From Perna viridis (lineage: Eukaryota), in NCBI GenBank assembly GCA_037379345.1, contig CM074512.1, positions 39,308,001 to 39,372,000 on the forward strand: a stretch of 64,000 bases of DNA, read 5' to 3'. Positions 12,939 to 27,689 of this stretch are shown piece by piece (position 1 is the first letter of the stretch; every line of letters begins with the position of its first letter). The notes beneath the pieces are model-generated. The model had not been told where the DNA came from. It made no database searches and saw only the letters and a list, made by a program, of their open reading frames with translations. The position numbers and the translations under genes are program-made.

Positions 12939-14710
12939 CAACTGTGATACTAAGATGCCTGACCTGTTTTCAAAGTTTTAAATGAATAGAAAAACATTTC
13001 ATTTACATATTGTAATGGGGTTATATAATAGCTCTCCGTAGGTGTTCTTTTCCCAGACAAAAAACAGAAAAAGAAGGATAGTACTTTAAATCTTAAAATA
13101 GATCCAAGAAACATAACATACCTTCTCAAAGAGTCAAAAATACAAGTCTTTTATATATTTATCTCTTTTTACAGTACTATCCTATAGTACAACCATGCGT
13201 GATTATTGTCGAGGACAGTAAATAATTTTTTTTTAAATTTATCTCTCAAATTCTTTTACCCAAATTTACATCGAAATCTTCATAGCAGACCGTTTGATAA
13301 AAGTGAAAATTATTCCATACTTCTTTCCGATTCATCATCAATTAAATGTGATAGTATAGTTGTTGTTTCTGTCTATTTTGCCAGAATGACCGGCTAGTAC
13401 CACTAACTACACATCTTAAAATCGCTGCGCGTATAGTAATGAGTTATGGAAGACATTTTATGTTTATTTTTTTAAACCTGATTTGAGTTAAACTGTGTCA
13501 AGATATATCGATATTAGATAGTTAATAAAAAATGATAATAATGAAATTAATTTCTAAATGGTCAAATAGTTAAAAACTAACAAAAGGAAACTACTAAAAC
13601 TTTACCTTTACATATGACTAACAAAAAAACCAACATTACAATTATTACTAAAGTCTGGTGTATATTTGAAACAAGAAGTATTCAACGATAATTTTGCTCG
13701 TAAATTCCTCATTGTTCGAAAACGAATGATTTGCTGAATCGAAAATTTTTCATATAAAGTTCTACGTATATATATACTTACAAATCTCTACATTTCCCTT
13801 AATATTTATGTACAGCCTGTTGAGTCTATTTTTAGATCCCAGTAATACCTGTAAATATACAAACGTAACTTCCACAATGATTGGGAATTTTCAATTAATA
13901 TGAAAGACTTGGGGAGAGCTAGGAGAAAAGAAGTAACAAGAATTCCAAGATCCTGAACTATTATTAATATTTTGTTTTTAGGTTATTCAAAGTATTATGA
14001 GACTTTTTAATTGACAACAGTTATAAATGCCATTCTATCATCATAAGAATTTGAAAGATCTTGAGTTATTGTATTTTATTTTAGGCTAATTGAAATCATT
14101 AATGCATTCCAAAAATAGTTATTATGATTCAGGTAATTTCCAACCCATGACATGAGCGTAAAATAAAAAATGTCACAAGGTTTAATCGACATCCAATAAT
14201 CTGAACTAAGTTAGTATAAGAAAACAAGTACTATCTTTAAAATTTGATCTTTTAACTTATAATTTTCTACAATTCATTTAGGAAAATAGCACGTGGCACG
14301 TAATTTTAATTTTCCGTAGAGTTTTTCGAACGCAGCTAAGTTATCAGTATTTGACCAATCAGGAAACAGAACTGTGATCAAGTGACTTGCGTTTCCATGG
14401 AAGAGCGTCTTGAAGGCCAAAGGGTAAAAAGCGAAACTATACCGACTGCGTCGGAAAAAAGCTGAAAACGAATACAGAAGTAACAAATAACCAATAACTA
14501 GTGTCAGTGTACTCTCTTCTCTTTCTACACTTTGAATTATTATAAGGTGGTGAATAAGTGTTGAGTACCCAAACCATCTATTGGAGTCTAAGGCTATTAA
14601 ATTAAATGTAAACAGTGAATTCATTGAGAATAAAAAAAAATGTATTATTACCCAATAACAATGCTCTGAAAGTTTCCATATTATATTTAAACAAATGAAG
14701 TTTTGAGTTC

Positions 14711-15604
14711 AAAATCAGAATTCTAATTTCTACTAAGACAAATTGAGATTGATTTCCCGATTTGCCCTAGGAGGATTCCGGATCGTCCTGACTTAAATGA
14801 GTGTACATAAATTAAAAGTTATAATACATGTAAATAAAGAAAAAAAACTGGACGTGTGTTGGGGTTATATAATGATAAAATAATTGTCTAATCATCTTTT
14901 ATTAAAAAAGTAGTAAAGATATTTTATTGATCCCAAATTGCTTAATCCCCGTGACCTGACTTTAATCCTTTGAATTCAGTTTAAAATTGTGGTAATTTGT
15001 TATAATTAAATAGAAAGTAATAACATGGAAGACCATAAAAGATCCGTTATAAGATATCATTTTACAGTTGGGGATACAGTATTTTTTTCCGGATTAACTG
15101 CTGTTAATCCAACCGATCTTGCCGAAATATCTCCCATTCAAGTATGTCAAAGAAATCGCTCAGTTAACAACAATGCCTGTCAACTTTCATTCACTTGGAA
15201 CTGTGACCGAAAATGTAACACTCTGAGATGTTAGTTTCGGAAAGCAAAGCTAATATTTTCAACTAAATGCCACTAACAGAATCTTACCAAGTGTTGCAAT
15301 AAGTAAAGTGCTCCTTAAGAAAACCTGAAAATTGTTCATAATATTGAAAAAAGTTGTGTTTTTATTGTTTTAACTTGATCACATATTGTAGCTCGATTGA
15401 ATAAAATATTAGTAAATGTAGTTTGAATTCAGTGTTCAAACAAATTTTATAGTTTAAAATGTCAGGACAATCCAGGATTCTACCAACTTAAATTTCTAGT
15501 ACGATTCTAGATCCTACAAAAAATTCAGTAGGATCAGGACCCCCTCCCCCATTACAAATCGGGATGTCTCAATTTGTCCCAGTAGAAGATTGGAATTTTG
15601 ATTT
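14711..15604. mobile_element. Non-autonomous foldback/MITE-like element with long imperfect terminal inverted repeats
   Basis: Left end aaaatcagaattctaatttctactaagacaaattgaga..ttcccgatttg..gatcgtcctgac mirrors the right end gtcaggacaatcc...caaatcggga..tctcaatttgtcccagtagaagattggaattttgattt. No coding capacity. Confidence 0.6.
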
Positions 15605-16382
15605 GTACTGGATTTAAACCAGACCCTTCTATATATATATATATATATAGATAGGTAGATAGATCCTGATTATACAAGTAAATAAAGTTATATCTGGGTG
15701 TGGAATACAATAAGGCTAATTTTGTGGAACGATAGTGTAATACCTAATATTTTTTTTAATTAAAACACTACTCATATTTTGAACGACACATTCATAATGT
15801 CAACATTGTAGTATCAAGGTCCATAGAAAAAAATTCTTAAGCTTTTGCAATCGAATTCAATTTATAAATTTCAAATGCAAATCAGTAGTTTGAAATGCCA
15901 TTCTAGTACTTTGTTTCCATGGAGTCGTATCGATTACAACATGTAGAACATACATTTATATTTATAATTATATTACCTATGTGACCCTTCTAGATAAACA
16001 ACAAAGTCGAGTAGTACAACTTAAAGGGGGCACAATGCTATGTAACGAAAGAATTAGCACAAGTATATATATATTCACTGTAAAAGATATTTGAAATAAA
16101 AGCTTACGTAATAGCTCTTTTGGATAGAAACTCTATATAAAGTATTAATGTCAATCATTGCTGATTGACACAGACTTTTCTTTCAACAATCTTCATCCAG
16201 AACATTAATTTTTCGTAAACTTTAACCCTTTTTGTAGAGACGCAGATAACATTCGACGAAATTTGAGTACGAGTTGTTTTTTACGTGAATAACTGTCAAT
16301 TTCAGAACCGATGACAAATGTTTTATTTTATTCATTCAAATTGTAAGTATCTATAAGTGATCCGTAAGTAAATTACCGTAGC

Positions 16383-16605
16383 TATGCAGACTGTTTTTAC
16401 CGCGCTAGACTTCTTACAGTTAGGCCCCTGAAACAGGGATATGTAGCTACAGGATTAAAGACATCATTACAGAAGTTTAATGGTCGTCATCATGAACTCG
16501 TGGATCATTACGGTGCATCCATCTGCACCATGAAAACCGTTTTGTTTAATGTGTCATAGTATTTCTTTTCTCTTTCTTCTACCATATACTTGACTTTTTT
16601 TGAGT
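16383..16605 (+). mobile_element. Penelope-like retroelement fragment (RT C-terminal region)
   Basis: Homologous to 30228-30410 (tatgcagac..ttttaccgc...gaaacagggatatgtagctaca...tgaactcgtggatc...catccatctgcaccatga). Confidence 0.7.
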
Positions 16606-17185
16606 CACATATGCTTTTTGATTAGATATATTAAATAAATTAAAGTTTAAAAAGACCAAGTTGAGAATATTGATGTATCACCCATGGCCTGATTCTTACA
16701 CAGAATGGTACTGAAGCATTTGTCCGGCGAAGTCAAGGTCGTAGTTGTTTCACTTTCGGTCCAAGCGATTGTAGAAATATGGAGTTTAAATGTTCAAATA
16801 ATGGTGTTGATTTAAAAAAAAACATATTTGATGGTGATACATGCGTTTGTTCATTAGATTCATCATTTGTCAAGTAGTTGCTGAGCAGTAAATATTGATG
16901 ACTGTATACTCGATTCTATTTGAGAAAAAAAGTTGAAGCGAAGCACTCCCAAATCTGAGATTACCCTATAGTGGTAGCAAGCCCCAATTGTCTATATAAC
17001 TATCAATTCTAAGAACTGTCTTTATGTGTGTGCCTTTAATCTTAAAGGTCGAATTGTATTTGTTTGGTTATCATATGACACGTTTATCATTTACTGTATA
17101 AACGGCTTTTTATTTTATTTATTATACTATTGACTTATTTTTAAAATTGGTTGGTGTTATATGGTATAATTCTTTAAACCAGTTT

Positions 17186-17224
17186 TGTTGTTGTTGTTGT
17201 TGTTGTTGTTGTGTGTGTGTGTGT
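17186..17224. repeat. Compound (GTT)n(GT)n microsatellite
   Basis: Read directly from the sequence. Confidence 0.9.
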
Positions 17225-18918
17225 TCAAGAAGAATTTTCTTCCTGAATTTTCTAAAGTTCGTAACTCAGGATAAAATCTCTTAAAATGTAGTAAATAGTG
17301 TAACTTCACCATTGTAAAACTTTTTTTTATAACAATTACCTCTATTATGTATACAGAAGTTTTCGCAAGGAAAATACACTTATTTTGTGCATCTACTAGT
17401 AAAGTTCATAACTTTTCTACCTTTTACACCTTTTTGTGGGTCAGTTTTCTGCAACGCTAAATGTTTGCATTTTTACTGTCGATGAAGGAACATAGTGCAT
17501 TATTTATTTTAAGTTTTTTTTAAGGATTTTATATTGAATGACTGACTACACGGAATTTATTGCTAGTTGTTTAGTAAACAAACTCGCTCTGATAAGTCAT
17601 GCATGGGAAGTTGAACCGCAACATGCATAAGGCATAACGAACTAGTGTAATATAGTTTTATTTGCAGAACTGTTGATTTCATCTTTTCATAAATTTAAAT
17701 ATATCGACACAGCTTCAAAATTTGAAGTATGATTTTCTCGACAGTCAACTGCTTGCAAAAAGAATTTCTGTATTTCGAGTTACATTCTGTGTGCTTGCTA
17801 AGATAATCAAAATTAGTGTATATTTTAATTATGTAGAACTATCAGAGTTACGGTTTTCCCTATACATGTATTTGTTTACAAAAGTTATCTAACCTTGACT
17901 TAAAAACAGAAGTGATAACAGTGGGTCAATAAAAGAATTATCCATCCAAATATAGAATTTTCGTTCAATCTGATATAACAAACACTCAGAGAAGTAATGA
18001 TACTTTAACTAAACCTCAACGAAAAACATTTGTTTGTCTTGAGAAACAACCATGAACAAAAATAAGAGAACTAAAATATTAGATTTTTGGCAATGTACCA
18101 TTTAACTGAACGACCCTCATAATTGTCACTAAGATTTAATGATGTGCCTTGATATTTCTTCTGTAAGTGATATGTTATAGACTTTCACTTTTATCTTTTT
18201 TTTGAAAATTTATTAAGGTAAAACAATCATTTAAGTAACTAAATTATTGTATATTTATGGACTAATGCATGTTGGAAGAAAAATGTACTAAGTGCATGAA
18301 GTATGAATTCCTTTTGTTTTTCTTTCACCGCACATAAAAGACTAATATGGGCAAAATATACCGAGGCGTCACAAGTGGGTTATTCCACATACAACAAAAT
18401 AAAACAAAACATGAACTGAACGTGGAAATAGAAATTAAACAAAGGCGATCTACATACACAATGTAACCAACCGAACAAAATGAATAATATACAAAACTGA
18501 AGAAAGAAAAATTAAGACCACACGAAAAAACTGAAGCACTAGAAATATAAACTCCCACAATAAATCGGGGATGACATCAGGTGATTCGGCAGGGAAAGTA
18601 TGTCCAAATCCGACATCGATACCTGTAATATTGCAAGTTAATATAATCCGGTGATAGTCTTGCAGCAATAATGGCGCTCCCCGACACGAGACACATAAAG
18701 GTCCCGTCAAAAAACTATGCACACTTCGACGATGAAGTGCTTCTTAAGTTCTTTACGATAAATATTTGTACAAGTTTAACAATAAGGTTTATGATGCTAA
18801 ATAATGCATGCCACCACAATAGTGCGTATTACGAAATGATATGTTAAAGATGCCAATCATAAAATTTTCTCATGATATTGTTCAAGACTGTCTGGAGATA
18901 GCATGTCGCAAAGTTTTT

Positions 18919-20826
18919 TTATAACTCAAACATTCCGAATGAGCTGCTACTTTCCACTGATACAATTTGTGGGCTATGAGGAGTTTTTATAGCTATTTTA
19001 AGCTCACTTTTCTTTTGTAAATGAACAACTTTCTCAATATAACTTACATGGGTAAATTTGTTTTTGTTCATATTGCAGGCTATTCTACTTGACTCCAGAT
19101 CTTTAAAATTATTTCTTGTATCACTAAACCGCAATGAATGGTCTATGTCTCCGAGAGAAGCCTCTTCAGTCGCCTTTACATGTATTGTAACTCGATTGAA
19201 AATGAAATAAACACCTTCTTTCGGTACTATAATACCCTCGTCACTAACATCGATATCAGTTGTGTTCATATTTACCTGCCAGTTTTTTAGACATTTCAGT
19301 CGTCCTGTGGAAAGAAACGTTAAGATTTAGATACATAGAACTGAAAGCAGTCAAAGGATATTTTGTCATACTAGTATATGTGTAAAAATTATACAAAAAG
19401 ACGTAATGTGTGCTTTAAGACAGTGATGTGTGTCATTTGTTTGAGTTCTCCTGAAAATGTTTGTATTCTTGTTATAATAAATGTAAAAGAACTTCCAAGT
19501 GTGTGATGATATCCCTCTTTTCAAGCAACAAGTTAATTGGCGTTTCAATGTTAAAAATAATGAACGTTTGGACAATTGTCAAATATCTGTAGGTTTATTT
19601 TTAAATAGTATTGCATAAGTTCATATGTTCCATATTTTGTAAAACTTACTCGAATCTTTATTGCATGTCGTTAGGACAGCGTTTGGTATGGTAAAATGAA
19701 AAACAGCTGAAAATTGAGGAAAAAAATCTGCAATAAAACTAGGTATACCCTTTACCAAAGCACTCTGATTTTAGTTTAAATTGTATATTCCAGTATAATT
19801 CTATAGATTGATTGGTATTTTACAAGAAATATTGATAGTTTAGGAACAGATATTGTATACATTTACGATCATACTAAGTGTCTTTACTAGGAATAGATTG
19901 ATTGATTGATTGTTGGGGTTTAACGTCCGAGTAGATAAAACTAGATACAATATTCTTGAATGCATCGATTTTTAAAGGGACTTACCTTTCTTGGTTGTGT
20001 TCATATGCGACATCTTGTTATGCTGAAATATTTTTTAAAAAGTGTTGAATACGTTTTTTTTTTTTCGGAAATAAAAAAAGTCAAACGTTCATGTCGCAAA
20101 ATTATACTTATGATGATTAGTATATATTTGAAATATACATATGTTAAATATAAGAATTTTAAAACTGTTTTTGTAGGTATTGCTTATACTTATGAATTTG
20201 TATTCTGATGTATCTGAATTTTACCTTTTTGACGCTTCGGTATTTTGCTGATATTTTATAATGCAATATTTTCTTTAAATGATTACCTGTACAATTGATT
20301 CCAGCAAATCAACGGCACTACACCCTCTTCCTTGTGCTACTGTGTCGGCTTTTTGACCATTGATGTACACTGCCCCTAGCTTACGCTGCAGTATTTCGCA
20401 CTGTATCAAGTGATCTCTAGAGGAAGTTACTACTCCCAAGCCCCGTGGTGTTTTTTGGTTAGAAGATGAGGCAGGTTTAGTTGTCGACCGCAGAAAATCG
20501 TTGCCGTCTTGTGAATTATCACTTGAAAAAAGGTGTGGAATAATAAAAGCTAGACATGTTGTCATTGAAACCAATAAAATACCGTTCAGTATGACAACAA
20601 CAATAAAGCTTATTTTCATTTTATGATAGGATAAAACTATATCTGAGTACTTCATCTGCAAATCCTGAAGTTGTATTGGACCAAGTAAACTTTCTGATAC
20701 ACTTTGTTTTGTCATTCTCCTCCCACCCAGACATAACTGGAAGTCATCGACTTCTTCGCCACAACTTGTGCACACAGAAGCTTGTGATGATTCTGATATT
20801 GTTCTAAATTTTGGTTTTGATCCCAT
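18919..20826 (-). CDS. TNF-superfamily ligand, divergent copy 3 (long cytoplasmic tail, closest to copy 1), ~339 aa
   Basis: Exons 20826-20287, 20022-19986 (37 nt), 19706-19650 and 19304-18919 join in frame (1020 nt). TM ISFIVVVILNGILLVSMTTCLAFII, AVFHF, GVYFIFNRV, FGMFEL. Confidence 0.9.
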
Positions 20827-21127
20827 TTTCTGGATTTTATAGTTACTTCAATAGCTACAAAAAATATAAAAGACTGTTCTGTTAAATGTATTTTTTCAAA
20901 TCTTTTATGTCTTTTAAACTGTAAAACGAAAGTAAAGGTAAGTTCACGCAGTAAGTGCAGTTATTAAAATCTTACGTTGAAAGAAAAGTCAAGGTACAGG
21001 AAAGAGGAACTTGAAGAGTTTTAATTAAAAAAAAATTTCTAGTGTTTTTTTTTAAATCTTTTTTCGTTGCTTCCTTTAATTCTGCTTTTTCCTAACTTAT
21101 TTGAGATAATAGAAAAAAGAAAATATA

Positions 21128-21371
21128 TGGTGAAATTCAACAAATGCACCATCCTACACGAATTTCACATGAATTTCACATGATTTTCACCTGAATTGAG
21201 CAAATAAACTAAGTGACAGAGTTCACGTGAAATTCGGGTGAATGGAGCCTTCACGTGAAATTCACACGAAATGTTCACATGAAATTCGTGTTTAGTGAAT
21301 TTCACATAAAAATCATGTTAATTTCATGTGAATTTCACATGAATTTCACGTGAAAAATATTTGCCTGTGTA
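21128..21371. repeat. Cluster of ~11-12-bp palindromic units (ttcacgtgaa/ttcacatgaa), probably MITE subterminal repeats
   Basis: More than ten degenerate copies of aatttcac(a/g)tg in about 240 bp, ending ...atatttgcctgtgta. Confidence 0.75.
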
Positions 21372-24300
21372 TTACCTTTATAAAAATATTAAATAGATTG
21401 TCAAAAATCTTTGATAAGTGTAAACACACATTTCAGTAAGCTCTACTAGAAGACGATGTACAAAGCCATAAATAATTTCAAAATGGCAGTAAAGTGTAAG
21501 TGAAATTATTTGTCATGTCGGTTTCTGTAAAAATATATACTTACGTTTGCAGAAACAACCTCCACAAGAAACATATAACATTAAAAAATCCTTATTGTGT
21601 TTTACAATCCGTGAATCGTATTTTGTATCTTGTATACTAAATTATCTGTATTGCATACTTCGGACGTAGATATATATATAGATATAGATATAGATATATT
21701 TATCACTCAAGTGGATATAGGTAAAATGATATAGTCTCATTTACAAATTGATCTAGCATTGAGTTTTTACTATTTGTTTTATGATCTTACGAAAACAATC
21801 GTGTTCATTTGAAAAAAAAAGAAAATACGTTCATGTGTTATTCAATACAAAAACAAATTATGCTTAATGCGTCGAATTTATTTTCTCAAGTACAGTTTTA
21901 ATGAAAACATGGTGTAGGTTAAATAAAACTCTTCCAAATAATTCAATTCACTATCGGACTTCAATGCACAAATGCCGAAACGTGTCAGGACTTAAAATTG
22001 TATTTATGTATTATTCATGTAGTATTTAAGTTTATGAACAAACGGGTATTCTGGTTTCTCTTTTATAGCAGGTGTGACGCTACGCATTATTATTCTGTTA
22101 CTCGATTACTTTTTAAGAGTAATTAAGTGTTATAAGCATCATTTTAATTATCGTTGTTGTGGCACATTAGTGTAGACGGAAACTTATATAATTCATTGTG
22201 TACGCTGAGCTATGAAACATCGAGTTGCTCAAGAAATCTCACGTCCAGGGTAGGTAAAAAGGTGAAGATATGGCATGGAGAACAAAACTGTTCTGATGGT
22301 GCATATGGTTAACGACCGTAAATCTTGTTAGATATTGTTTGCATGGTGGCTTCCTACGGAGAGTGGGGTAAATATTTATATGATACATGCAGCATGTACT
22401 AGAGCTAGACTATCAAAAACACATTTATCTGAGTTTCATGTCATTTGCTTTAAGTATGCACTCAGTTTTACATCAATAAATTAATTACTTTTGTTATATC
22501 TATGTGGAAATTAACACAATGAAATATTCAAAGATTGGATTAATTAAGACGTTTACAAATGTCACTATCTGGGATTAAATAAAGTTCGTTTTGTTTTTGC
22601 CTTCACCATTTATGTTCTATTTTAAACAGTAAAATCCGCTTTGTCTCTCCTTTAAAGAAAAACTTAAAAGAAAAGTTTACAAAAAAATTTTCTTTATTAT
22701 TCCATGCATTGAAAAATGGCAAAGCCACACGAAACATAACATAGGTCAGCCATCACTGCTTAACCACGTTTGCCCCTTCTACATGAAGCCACTCTTAAAA
22801 CGTAAAATCAGTCCTTCCAATGGTAGGCGAGATGGTTGCGACAAAATTTGGTGGATGGACGGAAATTAGGAAAAGCGACAGGGTGATTCAAATTTCCACA
22901 CCAATTGTCGAGTTTGGGTATAGTTAAACAAAAAGCACACTTGAAAAACCAGAAAATCATGTCAAACCAAATAAATGTTTTGATACAAATAGTTCAAAGA
23001 TCATTGCATAATTACTGTATTTTGTGATCTCATTTTAGCATACAAATGACGAAACACCTTATAAATTAAACGTCCTAAGGAAGTAATCAGCATTTAATTT
23101 TAAAATATGCAAAACAAAAGAATATTGGTTCTCCTGTGCAGGAAATGATGCAGCTAATTTTACTTTTGAGACTTATTACTGTTGGATGAAAAACATGTAT
23201 CTTTTTTTAAAGGGTTTTCTCCAAATAGTACAATTTATAGGGAGACACGGTAACTTTCTTTTTACTATCAATAAAAATAATTTGTTTACTTAGTCTTGGA
23301 AAACAACTGTATGTAGTTCGGTTTACTTAAGATTATAAATACAAATCTTTTTTAAAGACATAACTATTCGACTATCATTCTATTACAACTCATTCATTCC
23401 AAAAGTTTATGTCGTCACTGTAGATTTCATATTAATATAGCGACGAGATACAATGTTTTCTTAAGCCAAGTACCTCCTTCCAAGTATAGTATCTTTTCAA
23501 GATAGCTTACATATAAAAATGGTAAATGTGATACGACTACCAATAAAATATCCACCAAAAATTAAGCAACGAACATTTGAACTTCTACAAGTCACAACTC
23601 GGTATTCAATGATAAGGCAAAACTCATACTATACGGCAAGCTGTAAAAGGCCCCAAATAAATCAAGTGAAACTTTTCATAAAAGACGAAATTTGACCATA
23701 ACTATAAAAAACGTAAATAAATGGTTAAATAAATAAAAAACAGCCACTGTATGCTCCTGGCTTGGGACAGTCATATAAAATGTGTGGTGGGGTTAAACAT
23801 GTTTATGATCGCTTATCTCTCCCATTGGACAGTGTTTGGGAAACAAAGCAATAAAATTAACAATAAATACCTGTTGAATTCGGATTTAACTCTTGAGATC
23901 AATACAGAATTCAAACACTTTAACAAATAGGAAAAAAGACAATAATCTGCATCTACTTCGCAAAATCCAAAAGCAACTAATAACCACGCCTTACTTACTC
24001 AAACAAAACCATCAATGTAAACCCGTCCAATCGGATTTAGTGAAAATAAAACAAAACACAAGATAAAAGGCAATGACATTCACATGCATATAAACATTAT
24101 AATGTTGATGGGATTCGTTAATCTTGAACTTTGTAAAAGAGCTATTAAACGCCATCGGCATACTAGTACATGGAATAAAGTACCTTATTGAAGAACCGAA
24201 CCTATTATTTCAATTAATTCAATGACTTGTCAACTGTATATTATATTCAAGCCTGACTTTGAATAAATTACTTCCTCTGTAATGGTAATAAGTAGTGATG

Positions 24301-27300
24301 TGGCTTACCGCTTATGAAATAACGTCGACTCACGATACGGTTGTGTTTACATGGGCACTAAATTCCACGTTTCTGTGCAAGAAGTAAGGCCCACTGGATG
24401 GGACAAATATCGTCCTATCTTGTAAATGTGTGTTGTTTTTAGGGATAAAAATCGATTTCGTAGATCTTTCAACATTTCTGTCAATAAAAGGATTTGATTA
24501 TTTTTTTTAATTTAATTAACAATATAAAAGCCACATCATTGTATCATTATTGTATGATTTTCATAACGATTTTAGGAACATCCATTTCGGATAAAGTAAT
24601 TTTCTTCAGTAAATTATTTTTGTATTACTAACCATTTAAACAAATCACGTTTCATAATTTAGTTAAAACCGACTGGTAACCTTCAATTATGAGTATTTTT
24701 ACGGTTGACTGTCTTTTCCGAATTCGCAGGACCGCCCGTCTAGGAGATTCTGTTAGTAAATCTATTAGTTGTTGGTAGTGGATCCAAGTTTTTGAGACAC
24801 TGGATCAAAGAACTCGGTCAGAATATGTCTTACTAGATGTTGGGCTGCTCTTTTGATGCTCTACCCTCTATTCTAAAACCCATCCTTGGTATGGGACTGT
24901 TTCCCCACTCTAGCCGTCTTGGGGTACTTTAACGGTTGTAATTTTCATTTTGACAATCACATATGTTTCCACCTTTTTATTAAGATCTTTGATGACACCC
25001 AAACCACCCTTTAGTTAAATAATATTTAATATGGTGAACGAATCACAAATTTAAGGTTAATTTATTTGATACATTGTACATTGGATGAAATCAATATCTA
25101 ATTTCCTGCGTATACCTACTGTTCTAAAACACATTTTTAGAATTCCCTTCATAGTAAATTCTCGAAGAGCACTAATACTAGGTTTGTAGAACGTGATTAA
25201 GATTAAAGCCGACCCGTGTTAATATCTCGTGTTTTTTATTAAATATTTGCCAAATAAGATGTAGTTATATATATATTTGTTTTAAATTTCAGGAAATTAA
25301 TCTAATCATTATGAACTTATTGATGTCGACGGCAAATACAAAGAGACATATATGACATACTTTATACAAAATGGAACATTGTTTTTACGCTTGCTTTCCG
25401 TGTAGGGATAACAACTGGAACTTTCGCTTATTTCATGTTAGAATCAGAAAAACCCTAAGGTATTAATGTTAGATGTGCCATCTTAAATTAAAACAAAAAA
25501 CAACTTTATATTGCACAGTGTAACAAATTACTCCTTGTAAAACTTGCTTGTGTACTTCATATCTTTGAAGTTTAAGTTAGACAGTATTTTTTCACATCTC
25601 TTCCGTCCTCATTCCAATTATTGTCATCATTCACAATAAATAATACTGGTAAATAATAGTCCTCTTCCTTTTTTTCAATGGTGTTATATTGTTATAACAG
25701 GAGAAAGTAATTCGCATTGGCATTTAAGATAAGCTTTCAATGAAACAAAAACAACTTAAGAATTAATCACTTTAAATTTTCATGATCTGCAAACTTTCAA
25801 CTACTGCATGTAAAAACACGAAATCATAACTAAGTGTACGTTTTTGAGAATGTTTCAAAACAAACCTTTTTTTACCCTAAACTCGTTTCTTATTTCTTAT
25901 ACAAATTTAACATGATATCTGAGAGCGACGGTGATATTTCTGCTTTTTCTGCAAACAGGAAGTAAATGTCATGCGAGTACGAAATGCATTCTACGATTTT
26001 GCATACCTATATAAAGCTTTGTATGAAATATCAACATCCTGTGATTTACAGAAGCCGAGAAATCTTCTACCAACATTTCCAATATGCACCATCAAAATAT
26101 TACCAAATCTATAGGTAAACAGGAAGTAGATATAAGAAATAATCTGAAAGAGGAGACACTATGCAAGTCATCATATGAAGTAATTTACCTAATATCAAAG
26201 CATTCCTTCTAATAGAAGCAGAGAAATTTCCTACGGAGCGGAGATAAAATAACATTACATTCAATGTAAACTAAAAAATGTATTTATGGAATAAAGAACT
26301 TTTATAATAATGAAGCAACACCGAGAGACTAAACGAAGGATAATCCGTGAACAAATCATACAGAAAATTAAAAAAAGACAGTACACAATAACGAACAGCC
26401 CATACCCAACTTAAAAGCGGAAGTGGTTTGAGATGCTTCAAAAGCAGTTTCTACTTTTTTGCACGAAACATGTTTTCTGTTCGATGAAAACCTTGTGCGA
26501 TGAGAGAAAGTTTTTTGTATGGATGCCTATTAAGATAAGAGTTTAGTACAAAATATGAATATCAATATAAAATCTTTGTCTTTCCGGGAAACATTAAAGA
26601 AAGATTCGATCGTTTTTTTGTTATTATCTTTGATTTAGTTCTAAGAAAAATTGAATGTGTTACCGTTCCCGCCCAATAAATTAACCACTCATCCAAACTA
26701 ATGTGCATGATATGATGGACTTGCGTGATTTGTTTTCCCATCTGTTGCTTAATTTGTATTAGATAATTACGTCATAGTTACATATGTAAATAGAGAAAAC
26801 AAGTGTTTATTTTTTTAAAAACAAACTGTTTTTATATTCTGTGTCAAACAAACGTTTACTCGTATCTCCTTTTAAACACTTTTGAAATGAAATGTTACTG
26901 CGTGCTTATGATAAAAGATAGGTGCTCTAAAATAGATCATTTGAACTATTTCGAACTGTTTTGAAATATTTAAAATATACTTATTTACTAACTCTGTAAA
27001 TGAAAAATAGTTTTATTCAAAACGTTTTAATCTAGCCGCGACACAAGTTAATTTTATATATTCTGCCCATACCCCTTAGTATATTTACATAGCAGGAGAG
27101 GTGTACATTCAATTTAACACGTTGTATTCAAATAATAGTCTTTTTCTTAAGTAATTTGCGAAATCTGGCGCATAATGGAACTTGTTTTAAATACGTTTAG
27201 TCTAGGAAACACTATTTCAATGATAGCCCAGTCAATGATAGCCTTATGTTTTTTTTTCAGTTCAAGCAAGCAAATATCATTCGGTTATTTTTTATTTATA

Positions 27301-27689
27301 ATTATTTTTTTGGGGGGTGGGGTTAAGCTGGTACAAGCATCAGTATATGTTTAATTGCCGAACCAATATCAAACGTTTCTTTAAAACTTCCCATAGAGTC
27401 TGAATGAGGCTTTCATTACCAGAGAATCAATTTCATAAGAGTTTTAAAAAAAACTCATTATCAGTTATCTTAAAATTTGATGTTCAAGATTTTTGATAAG
27501 AAAAAGTACAGACAACTTTCTAATATGGATTTTATTTCTTCTGCCATTTTGGGGCAACATTTTCAGCAATAGAAATAAATGATAAAAATAAAGGAAATAA
27601 ATACCAGATCTGCTCTATATTTGATGTAATTAATTTGAGCTCATTCAGTTGGATATCAAAGAAATAGAAATGGTATAACTACGACGAAT

